A stretch of DNA of 64,000 bases, taken from contig MU008162.1 of the NCBI GenBank assembly GCA_010909165.1, positions 1,984,001 through 2,048,000 of the forward strand, written 5' to 3'. The position numbers and the translations under genes were made by a program. Within the stretch, counting starts at the first letter, position 1. Each line of letters opens with the position of its first letter. Of the stretch, positions 1 through 10,572 are shown one piece after another. The notes beneath the pieces were generated by a model that was not told the DNA's origin, ran no database searches, and saw only the letters and a program-made list of their open reading frames with translations. Source of the DNA: Anthoceros angustus. Its lineage: Eukaryota; Plantae; Anthocerotophyta.

Positions 1-1434
1 AGAAGAAGGCACGTATCCCAGTGAGGAAGGGTAGGATGATGCTAGGTTGTCTTGATGAGGCACGAACTCTGCAGGGTGGTGAAGTTTTCATTCAAATTTC
101 TCCTCTGGCTACAGATTGTGGTGTGATGGAAGACAGCAATCTGTCTCAAGTAATTGTAGATGGAAAAGTTTCGACTTACATTGTGACAGGGGATGTAATT
201 GTCACCAGAAGTCCTTGCCTGCACCCTGGTGATATCCGACGGTTGCGTGCGGTAGACAAGCAGAGTTTGAGGCATATGGTGGATTGTGTGGTGTTTCCTC
301 AAGTCGGCATCAGGTACTTGCTCCTCAGGAATGAGGACTGCTTGAACGCTGGCCCTCTTTTTTTCTTCCTTTCCTGTTCACGATGTTCCCTTTCTAATAA
401 ATTGCCATCTATGATCAGGCCTCATCCCAGCGAATGTTCAGGTGGTGATTTGGATGGAGACGAGTATCATGTAATCTGGGACCCTCGCCTGATTCCTTCA
501 AAAGTGGACGCACCTATGGACTACAAACCACCTCCAGATACAAAACTGGATCATATACCTACGATTCAGGTACTGCTCATTCACATGCTTATTTGAAAAG
601 CACACGGTAGGGCTTGAACATATCTCATGGTCTCCCCCCTTCATGCAGGAAATCAAAACTTTCCACGCAGATTCTTCTATGAACCCGGCACTTGGTGTCA
701 TCACAAATGCGCATGTTGTTATGGCAGACAAATCTCCTGCCCGAGCTCGAGACAAACGGTGTGTGCAACTCGCAGAGTTGTGCTCAATTGCCGTTGATTT
801 TCCTAAAACAGGTATTCCAGCGTATCTACCAACGGACCTGAAACCCAAAGAGTACCCAGATTTTATGGAAAAGGAGCACACAGAGATCACGTATGAGTCC
901 ACCACTATCTTGGGAAAGCTCTGGAGGCAGGTCAAACGGTCAGGACTGGAGTTACTTCCAGAGTTTATATCTCCGACAAAGGACTCTATATCCCGAGCCT
1001 TTAGTCCCTCTTTTGTTGTAGATGGGTATCAGGATTATCTAGAGATCGCGGAAATTCATAAGAACTGGTACGACAAGAAGCTGATTGGATTGATGAATCG
1101 GTATGGGATCAAGAGTGAGTCTGAGATCTGTTCAGGTTTCATTTTAGGCCTGTCTCCTCGATATCGCAAGCGGGGTGCGGACGAACAGGAGAGAATTGCT
1201 GGGGTCATGAAAATTCTCTCCAACGAAGCGAGGACGACCTTCGAAGACGACCAGGGCAACGAACAGGAGGCCAATGCGAAGGTTTCGGCCTATTATTATG
1301 TGACTTATCACGAGACCTACTACGAGAAGAGTTTATCAGCAAGTGGGTCAAATGTGCACCTGCTGAGTTTCCCATGGCTGTTTTGGGAGCGGCTCGTGAG
1401 CATCAAGGGAGCCAAAGGTGCCCCAGCCCAGTGA
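1..1434 (+). CDS. RDR: RNA-dependent RNA polymerase, RDR-alpha clade (RDR1/RDR2-like), 3' part; exons <1-313, 419-569, 649-1434
   Basis: Spliced translation gives MMLGCLDE...GEVFIQ, VTRSPCLHPGDIR, DCVVFPQ.G.R|PHPSECSGGDLDGDEYHVIWD, LGVITNAHVVMAD, AVDFPKTG, YPDFMEK and C-terminal AYYYVTYH...LLSFPW. GT-AG introns 314-418 and 570-648 keep the frame. The 5' end lies outside the window. Confidence 0.95.
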
Positions 1435-2224
1435 CTTTTTTCTTTGGGCAGCGTTGGCTTGATGATCTGATACGACCTCTTTCCAAGCATTTTCTGCAGA
1501 GGTGGAATAGATACTTCAGTAGAATTTTGTCTCTGTCGCCTGGGGAGGTTCTCTACAAGATTTTGAAAACCAAGTGTATCCCATCTGATCATTTCCCTCA
1601 TAGAGTTATCTATGAGGGTGACATCATGCCTTCCTGATCACTAGGAACAGGGTAGTCTAATTGCATCATCCTGCGTGGGCCACAGGCTGATCTCTTTGCT
1701 TGCTCTCTCTGTGATTGCCTTCAATGCGCAGTAGGAATGTCTAGTCAGGAGACTTCAAACTTTAACCATTTCAAGACCTGCAGATTGTTACTGACGTTTG
1801 GATGACACCACTCTCGGAGCACCCTTGCTTGTAGTAGACCTAATACCTTTCTACTCCATCGAGCTGTTCCCTGGTGGTGGTACTCCACCAGACTGAAGTT
1901 TGGTTGCTGGTGGTAGTCCTCTACCAAACTGTTTTTTAGGATAACTATACAACTTGGCTGAAAGAGTGTGTGGACTTATTTGTTGTCGGACTCCATTGTA
2001 CGGAATCCAACGATATCATTTGTTCCTTCATTTAGGTACCCATTAACTTTGGTGGTTACATTTAGGTACCATTAACTTTGATGGTCTCATAGCACAAGCT
2101 GAGTATATTTTATTATTATTTTAGAATATTATTTTTATTTTCATTCAAATAATATCTAAACAAGGTATATAGGACTTTATAATATTTATAAATGACCATA
2201 AAAATCCTATTGTTTATGTGGCCT

Positions 2225-2625
2225 TTTGGATACGCACCGTACTATGGCTGAATTGACATACTATAACTTAAATGTGGCTGAATTGACATACTATAACTTA
2301 AACTATCTTTATAAGACAAAGAGGATACACTGAATTGACATACTATAACTTAAACTATCTTTATAAGACAAAGAGGATACACTGAACCGATATACTAGAA
2401 CTTAAACTATCTTTATAAGACAAAGAGGATACACTGAACCCCGATATACTAGAACTTAAACTATCTTTATAAGACAAAGAGGATACACACCATACTTTGG
2501 GACAAAGAGGATACACACCATACTCGTGGCTGAACCGACATACTAGAACTTAAACTATCTTTATAAGACAAAGACATCGTAAGTCTAGAACTTAAACTAT
2601 CTTTATAAGACAAAGACATCGTAAG
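2225..2625. repeat. Minisatellite, ~53-55 bp unit, ~7 copies
   Basis: Recurrent (GA)CATACTATAACTTAAACTATCTTTATAAGACAAAGAGGATACAC with variants spreading along the array. Confidence 0.9.
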
Positions 2626-2637
2626 TCTCCGCGTAAG

Positions 2638-2850
2638 TTTACCATATCTAAGGCATTAGTTTATCAAAGCTATGGCTCATGCAATAGCCCATGTTGATTA
2701 GAGCAACATTACCAGATCTAACAGTTTATCAAATCTATGACTCATGCGATAGCCCGTTGTATGATTAGCCCGATATTACCAGATCTAAGGCATTAGTTTA
2801 TCAAGTCTATGGCTCACGCGATATCCGTGTTGATTAGCGCGACATTCCGC
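2638..2850. repeat. Tandem repeat, ~68-70 bp unit, 3 copies
   Basis: TTACCA(G/T)ATCTAAGGCATTAGTTTATCAAA.CTATGGCTCA.GC.ATA.CC.TGTTGATTAG repeated three times. Confidence 0.8.
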
Positions 2851-3884
2851 TAGGTTGTTTGTTTACCGCAATATGCCGCTACGCTGTTTGTTTACCGTTC
2901 GGTTAAGGGTAGAGACTATTACAACAATTATACCACTTGATTCAAATTGAGGGTAAACCAAAAATTTCTTAGAGGATTTGTACAAAGTTCCTTATGGAGG
3001 ACTTTGGAAAGGATTTCCACAACACCGACATTCTTCAGAGGAGACTTTAATTATACAACTTGGCTTAGATAAAGGGTTAACCAGGGAGGATTTTCCACAA
3101 TTCCTTAATGTGAGGATTCTTAGTGGATTTTATGGAGTTCTTCAACAAAGCTTTTTCACAAGACTTCTTGAATTGCAATAATTTTGATCAAATATTCCTT
3201 TTGGATTGCCTATTGAATATAAGAGCATTGAAATTCTGCATATATATGACACCCACTATGTACTTGCCCCAATAAAGTGCATTCTTGGAATGAGAAAGAA
3301 AATAGTAATAAATAATACCTTTGACTTGTCCATAAACTTTTCCTATGCTTCTCTCTCTCTAGGATTACAAGTTTGGGTAGTTCTACCATTTGTTCCTTCC
3401 CCATAGGTCATTCTTGAGGAGGATAACATACATACTGGTATATTGTATTTATCCTACATGTTTGATTAGTTTATATTCCACTTAATATTTATGGGCCCCT
3501 AATGGCCTTACAATAGCAAACATGTAAGGGAGTTTGTGGCTAAAATGTACTCTTTTTTATGAATTCTTACTTATTATAGGGACTTGTGGCTAAAATGTTC
3601 TCTTTTGTTGAATTCTTACCCTTGGACCAGGGTGCACATACACAAAGATGAGATAAAAACTTCACACTTAAGTAGCCTACGGGTGGATCAATACCGGGAT
3701 GGGGTGCCATCCTTTTAGTAGTTTGAAAAGTTTGTAAAATGTCCCAATATTTGGGCACGCTGGCCTCCCTGGTGCAAGGTCTAAAGCACGAGATTCTCCA
3801 CTTGATAATGATAATGATTATTAAGGTAATGATAATTATAATGATTATTATTGTAGCTCGTGGCGAAAATATCTTCCTTTTTAT

Positions 3885-4125
3885 GAACTCATGGTTTATT
3901 GACCAAACTCATGGCTAAAAAGTCCTCCTTTTTATCAACTCATAGCTCACTAAGAGAGCTCATGGCTTATATGTACTCCTTTTTATCAACTCATTCCTCA
4001 TGGGGGAGCTTATGGCTAAAAAGTCCTCCTTATTATGAACTCATAGCTCACTAAGAGAGCTCATGGCTAAAATGTCCTCCTTTTTATCAACTCATTCCTC
4101 ATGGGGGAGCTTATGGCTAAAATGT
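3885..4125. repeat. Degenerate tandem repeat, ~50 bp unit, ~4-5 copies
   Basis: ATGGCTAAAAAGTCCTCCTTTTTATCAACTCATAGCTCACTAAGAGAGCTC alternating with a ...TCATTCCTCATGGGGGAGCTT variant. Confidence 0.8.
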
Positions 4126-4197
4126 GCTTGCTAGGGAAGGCGGGTCCCTTCCATTTAGGGAGCGCCCTTATACCTTGCTCAATGGGGTTTCGCTTTG

Positions 4198-4780
4198 GGC
4201 AGACCTATTTTTAACTCGGGGGATCAGGTTTCGGTTGCTGATGTGGTTGTAACCGATCGCACCCGGGAGAGTGTCTGCGAACATGTTATTCTTAACCCTC
4301 CAGGTTGGGCGGCGGAAGGATGCACGACGGCTAAGGTCCACAAGTACTCTCCTATGTAAGACGGCCATGCCTTCGTCCCCCTTGCCATTGAGACTCACGG
4401 AGCCATGGGCAAGGATTTCTCTAGTTTCGTCAAGGCCTGCGCCAAGGCTTATCATAGCCGCAGGAATGTGGTTGGCCTCCCCCTTTCTTGTATTGTTGCT
4501 TTCTTCCGGCAGAGGGTTTCCATCGCTCTGCAGAGGGTGTTGGCTAACGCAGTATATAGAACGACAGCGAGCCCAGGAGATGCAGCTTCTTCAACACCGG
4601 TGGTAAGTAGGCCTTTTCACATCCCTGACCACGAAGTTCTTCGAGCAACTGGTAGTTTTGAAATGCGTGAATGTGGGGCTAGTCCCCCTGGCATGGTGTC
4701 CTTCATTGGGTTTTTCCCCCTTTGTTTTTGGGTGGATGGGTTTTTCCTATCTCTTTTTTTATAATAAAGTCTTCTTTTCC
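4198..4780 (+). mobile_element. 5'-truncated non-LTR retrotransposon, restriction-enzyme-like (REL) endonuclease domain plus 3' UTR (CRE/R2-group-like), family A copy 1
   Basis: Frame from 4198: GDQVSVADVVVTD...AAEGCTTAKVHKYSPM*DGHAFVPLAIETHGAMG...RQRVSIALQR (D...K..KY...F.P.A.E..G REL signature, one internal stop at 4357). 3' UTR ends AATAAAGTCTTCTTTTCC. Confidence 0.75.
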
Positions 4781-5353
4781 AAAACAAAACCACACTACTA
4801 TTGGACTACAAATGATGTTATTGAACTCGTATATTTTCATCTTGATCTTCCCAAATAAAAACTATGCGTATTTTTCAATAATCTAGACATTATCTATCAA
4901 ACCCCTTAATCTCAACATTATCTATCAACCTTGCAATGGAAGACTAAGAAGGAGAAGTTACCCTTTTTGAGAGCTGCTCGTGCCGTAGGCCAAGTGGCTT
5001 TCTTTTGTGGGGATGAATTGGTGGTGTTTAGCCCTGATTCAAGCATTTTCATTGACATTGTTGATTGATTGAAGATTATTTGCCTTGTTTGAATTTTACC
5101 TTTGCATTCGTCTAGACTATTTTACCATATTTTAGTCCCATAACGGAAATGCATCCTTAATGGACTTAAATAAAACTATTTTTCTTCCTTCTTGCCTTTC
5201 GTATTACGTTCTAAGATTGTAAAACTTTTCCCAATATTTTCATCTTAATCTTCCCAAATAAAAACTAGCTATACTTTTCAATAATCTATATACATTATCT
5301 ATGAACCCTGTCATTTGTCTTATAATAATCTATCAAACGCACAATCTGAACAT

Positions 5354-6006
5354 ACTCTTCTTACAGGTCGTTCAATCAGGGCGGACTTATACCTTGTCCG
5401 TGGCGACCAGGTTGTGGTGGCGGATGTAGTGGTTCGACCCTACACGTGGCCTACCTCACGGTCATCACCAACCGTCAGCTGGGTGCGGCCGCTCTCAAGG
5501 TCCGCAAGTATAGCGGGATGCAAGCGGGCCACCTCTTTATCCGCTTGCTCTAGAAACGATGGGGCAATGGTGAGGACTTTGACAAATTCATCAAGTCTTG
5601 TGCCAAAGCTTACCATGCTGTGAGCATAGTGCATCCCTCTCGTACTTCACGGCCTCCCCGGGTTTCTATTGCTCTTCAACGGCGCTCTCAACGGCGATTC
5701 TCCATAAGGCGGCGACGGTGGGTGATGCCTTTTCCTCTTCCTCTGTGGTTTGCAGGCCGTTTATTCTACCTGCATATGACATTGTGGGTGCATTCTCCAT
5801 AAGGCGGCGACGGTGGGTGATGCCTTTTCCTCTTCCTCTGTGGTTTGCAGGCCGTTTATTCTACCTGCATATGACATTGTGGGTGCGGTTGGTCACTTTA
5901 GGTAGGGAGCTCAGTTGCTCCTCTTCACTCCGACCCCCGGGTCCCCATTTGTTGTCCCTTCCTAGATGGTCTCTTTCCATCGTTCTTTCACCTCAATAAA
6001 TCATCT
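5354..6006 (+). mobile_element. 5'-truncated REL-type non-LTR retrotransposon, family B, with 14-bp TSD
   Basis: Frameshifted RADLYLVRGDQVVVADVVV...KVRKYS...F.PLALET.G...RVSIALQR; TSD CACAATCTGAACAT at 5340-5353 and 6007-6020; ends shortly after AATAAA; internal perfect 95-bp tandem duplication 5697-5791/5792-5886. Confidence 0.75.
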
Positions 6007-6333
6007 CACAATCTGAACATTATCTATCAACCTTTAGTCTTGGAACAATTTATTAACTCCATAGTCTAAGCGCTATCTATCAACCCTGCGTGTAGCTTTA
6101 TGTTCTAAGATTACAAAACTAAAAAATTCTAATGATTTCGAATATTTTCATCTTGATCGTCCCAAATAAAAACTATCCTACTTTTCAATAATGTAAACGT
6201 TATCTATCAACGTATAATTTAAACATTATCTATCAAATCTGCCTTAATTTTATGTTCTAAGAATGTAACATTAGAAAACCAAGATTGTAAAATTAGACCC
6301 CATAATCTATACACTATGTATCAACCCTTCCTT

Positions 6334-6458
6334 CATGTATGTGATCGTGGGGGCTAGTCCTCCTGGCAGGGTGCCCTTCGTTGGGTTTTTCCCCCCTTTG
6401 TTTTTGGGGTGGATGGGCTTTTCCCTTCTTTCTTATATAATAAAGTCTCCTTTTCCAT
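6334..6458 (+). mobile_element. Very short 3'-UTR-only copy of REL-LINE family A, 17-bp TSD
   Basis: Matches 4660-4780 (GGGGCTAGTCC..CTGGCA.GGTG.CCTTC.TTGGGTTTTT...AATAAAGTCT.CTTTTCC); TSD TGTATCAACCCTTCCTT at 6317-6333 and 6459-6475. Confidence 0.85.
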
Positions 6459-7705
6459 TGTATCAACCCTTCCTTTCGTTTGATAGTCTAAGATTGTAAC
6501 ATTACAAAACTAAGATTGTGGAATTAGACCCCATAATTTATATTTTATGTATCAACCCCCTTAAGACAATAAAATTGCAAAACTAAGGTTGTAAAATTAG
6601 ACCCCATAATCTATACATTATGTATCAACCCTGCCTTTCGTTTTCCGTTTTAAGATTGTAAAATTAGAATGTTGCTATCATTTTCATTTGGCATGCATCT
6701 GTTGGGAAATCAAACCTGATTTATTGCTTGAAAGGTAATTACCTTAGTCATTACACTTCATCCACTACTATTGGTTAAAATAAAAACACCTAAAGGATGG
6801 ACTACAAACGATATTGCTGCCCTAGTATATTTTTATCTTTATCTTTGGAGATAAAAGCTGTCCATACTTTTCAATGACCTGAATATTTTTTAATAGTCTA
6901 AGCATTATGTATCAACCTCGCTTTTTGTTAACCGCTTTAAATTGGCAAAACCACATGAGCACGGACATATCCATGAAAAAACAGATAATATACAATTAAA
7001 AGAACAGACAAATAGATACATAGCTATTGTATTCTTAAAATTTCTCCACACGCGAATGAGCGGAGCCCGCTCCTATCCATGAGCCTGGGCGTTGAGATGC
7101 GGTTGGTGATGACTGGAACCCCGCATTAGGTCTGTCCTACCGTGACGTAGGTTGGGAATGACGTAGTTGCCATATGGCAGGCAGTGAAGCTGCTGGCGGC
7201 CGGCAGCTCGAATGCCCGAACGCGCGTCCAGATTCTTCCACTGCTGGCTCTGGCTCTGGCTCTGGCTCTTCCCTGCTCCTGCTCCAGATCAGGGTCCAAT
7301 GGTCCAATGGTCCAATTGGCATCACACCCACAAACTTATTCTTGTATCCGCGCACAGCTCGCCTGGAAAACGGCATTGGCTGGGCAGCCGTAGCTCACAT
7401 GTGCATGAGTGGATTATGGTTAAAGCAGTCGGTGCCATCTGGAGGCCGGGTTCCATCTGCCATGGGGCTCCGTCAGCCTGCTTCCTCTTCACAGGAGGCC
7501 CTCCTGGCACCGGTATCTTCATCCCCATCCTCATCCTCTGCAGACCCCAGAGCTGCGGGCAGTGTTAGTGTGTCTCGCAGATTGTGTGCGTGAGGAGAAT
7601 GGGCGCGCAGGATTCCGAAGCAGATCGAGCAGACACCGTTTCCGAGGCCAGGAATATTACTCCTAGCTCCCCCCGTGAGGCAAGCGGTGCGGATGAGAAA
7701 GCGGG

Positions 7706-10167
7706 ATGGAGGAAAGGGCAGATGAGGGGAAGAATGTCGCGGGGTTCGGGTTTCGGTGTAGTGTGTTGGTGAAGGTGATCCTGTTGTTCGTTGTGGGCTT
7801 TCCCGTGTCATCGTTTGCACAGAATGTGGACTTGTGGATCCCGTGGTTCAACTCCTCCGCCCTCTCCTGCTCCGGATCCTTCCGATTCACGGCCGACCAG
7901 TCTGCCGTGGAGATGGGGAAGGTGGATTCCGGGGCGGAATTTCTCAGCGCCAGGGCAATGTACAGCCGGCCCGTGCAGCTCTACGACGGGAGGTCCATGG
8001 CCTCCTTCTCCACCTCCTTCCTCCTCTCCATCGAGGGAGCTCGGAATTTCACTCTAGGGGATGGCATCGCATTCCTCATAGCTCCCGCCACAGTTACAGC
8101 TGCGTCTGCGAACGCATCCGGGGGAGCTCTGGGTCTGTTCCAGGTCTTGCCCACGGGGGACTCCGTGTTGGGCGATGGGACCAGGATCGTGGCTGTGGAA
8201 TTCGACACCTTCACCGACGCCTGGGACATGGGCGCGGGACACCACGTCGGGCTGGACATCAACAGTGTGGCATCCGCGACGCAGGCTCCTTTCCCCGACG
8301 GCTTCGCCATCGGGAGCGGGAAGATGGGGGTCTGGATCGACTACGACGCCGATGCCCTGCAGCTCGAGGTGCGGCTGATGCAGCAGCAGAGCGTGACCTC
8401 GAGCTCAGAGCCGGCCATGGACAAGAGCAATGCTACCCTGGTGCTCGCCTACTCCAACTTCAATCTCTCCGCCTTCGTGGAAGATTCCTCCTACGTGGGA
8501 TTCTCAGCCTCCGGGACGGCCCAGCACGCGGAGGTGAACCGGATCTCCTCCTGGCACTTAGCCACATCCGGGCTGCGCTCTCCTGACGCCCCGTCCCTTC
8601 CCAAGCCAGAGCGCAAGAGCAGCAGCGGCCTCCCGTCCACAGGGGAGAAGGCCGCTGTCGTCGCTGCCGGGCTTTTGGTGGCCGTCTGCCTCGGGGTGGG
8701 CGCCATAGCCTTCCCGGCCCTGCTGCGGAAGAGGAGCCACGAGCGCAAGGGGGATGCGCATGGGGATGCCGGCATTGGCATGGGAAGCTTCCCGGAAATC
8801 GGGAAGAGGAAGAGGAGGCTGCAGAGGAGGAGGCTGCTGGACGACGCGGGGTGGAGCGGGTCGGAGCTCGGGCTGGCCGGGCCCAGGAGGTTCTCGTACA
8901 AGGAGCTGAGCGTGGCGACCAGGGGGTTCAGCCAGACGGTGGGGAAGGGGGGGTTCGGGACGGTGTTCAAGGGGGTTCTTCCCGACGGCTCCCTGGTGGC
9001 CGTGAAGCAGGTCGGGGAGGACTCCAGCCAGGGGGAGCGGGAGTTCAAGGCGGAGGTGACCATCATCGGGAGGCTGAGGCACAGGAACCTGGTGGAGATG
9101 AAGGGATGGTGCCACGAGCAGGGGGAGCTGCTGCTGGTGTACGACTACATGCCCAATGGCAGCCTGGACCGGTACCTGTTCAGATGCGGGAACAGCGGTG
9201 CCGACCTCCCACCCCTGGACTGGACCCAGCGCTTCAACATCATCAAGGGCGTGGCCGCTGCCCTGCTCCACCTGCACGAGGAGTGGGATCAGCCCGTGGT
9301 GCACCGGGATGTCAAGGCCAGCAATGTGATGCTGGATGCCGACATGAATGCCAGACTCACTGATTTCGGGCTTGCCCTCCTCATGCCCAGCAGCAAATAT
9401 TCCCAGACCGTCACCATAACAGCAGGTATGAGCAATGCTGTACACGCAAGCACAGGCTTGACATGTCGTAGGTTTAGGACAGGAATGGAGGTATGGAGGT
9501 ACATTACATCCTTACTCACCTGGCTTCTCCTTCCTTCCCTTGGCTTGCTTCTCGTGTTGCCGTTGGTGCAGGGACTCCAGGGTACTTGGCGCCAGAATGC
9601 ACCTACACGGGCAAGGTGAGTGCCGAATCGGACGTGTTCAGCTTCGGGGCAGTGGTGCTGGAAGTGGTGAGCGGCAGGAGGCCCGTGGACATGAGGAGAC
9701 CTCCGGCCGAGAGGTCGCTGGTGATGTGGATGTGGTCCCTGCACGCGCAAGGGGGGGAGGGGGCTCTCCTGCAGGCGGTGGATGCCACCCTGACGCCGAG
9801 CTGCAGCCGGGACTGGGAGCAGGTGACGCGGGTGCTCAAGGTGGGCCTGCTCTGCGCGCTGCCGCATCCTGAGGGCAGGCCTCCCATCCGCCTGGCGCTG
9901 CAGTACCTCATGGGCGTGCAGCCCATCCCGCCGCTGCCTGCATGCGGGCCCGTCTCGCTCTTCGGGGTCAGCACTTCTCTGGATCGCCTCGACATCGCCT
10001 CCCTCATGACCATGACCACCAGGGAGTTGAGCACTTGCTCGCCATCTCGCAGCAGACAGCCGTCCCTCAGGAGTTTACCATCACTGCCTCTCCTGCACAA
10101 CAGGATGCAAGACGAGGAGTCAGGATCCGTATCATGCCAGTGGTCCTCCTCGACGTCTCCAAGGTAG
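7706..10167 (+). CDS. L-type (legume) lectin receptor-like kinase; exons 7706-9425, 9572-10167
   Basis: Hydrophobic signal, lectin motifs (SFSTSF, GDGIAF, VAVEFDT, HVGLDINS, YVGFSAS), TM helix AAVVAAGLLVAVCLGVGAIAF, kinase GKGGFGTVFKG/VAVK/HRDVKASN/DFG; intron 9426-9571 (GT..AG) restores TITAG-TPGYLAPE. Confidence 0.93.
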
Positions 10168-10572
10168 CTGCACCTGTGATGCAAACGAGTGGCAATGTCA
10201 AGTCACACCACACCGGACTCGACAGGGCAGGACAGCAGCAGAAGCACAAGCACACTCTCCGCCTACAAACTTGTTGCTATTCAACCTTTTATGTAACGTA
10301 ATGTACATCAAAATCTGACCTCCACTATATCCTACTCCCATTTGCCTCTATGTTAGCAGCCATAGAAACTTAAAAGTTTCCGTCCAGCAGCAATAAATAT
10401 TCTACAAACTTCTGTCCGACCAGGATTCCGCCAAAAAAAGCCCAGCCTCCCGTCTCGTGCCACCTGCGCAGAGTGGCACTCAGGAGAGGAGCACACATCA
10501 TGGTCAGCAAAATTAATCTTAGTTCTATCTCTCGTCCTCTCGTCGCCTAGGAGCTAGCCTAGCTCCAGTGCA

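Larger units (their letters stand above)
4790..6950. repeat. AT-rich compound repeat region (about 4 copies of a ~100 bp block, ~12 ATTATCTATCAACCC-like motifs) hosting LINE insertions
   Basis: TATTTTCATCTT.ATCTTCCCAAATAAAAACTA...TTTTCAATAAT.TA.ACATTATCTATCAAC at ~4830, 5235, 6145, 6830. Confidence 0.75.

Noticed and set aside
2225-2625. CRISPR-like repeat array (also considered for 25094-25221 and 38680-38980)
   Set aside because: No unique spacers, no cas genes, eukaryotic context; these are plain minisatellites
5340-6475. Strict site-specific targeting by the REL-LINEs
   Set aside because: The two TSDs sit at different offsets from the TATCAACCC motif and the copy at 15062 is in unrelated sequence; only a preference can be hypothesised
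7791-9872. Many long overlapping ORFs on both strands
   Set aside because: Shadow frames of the GC-rich lectin kinase CDS; no independent motifs
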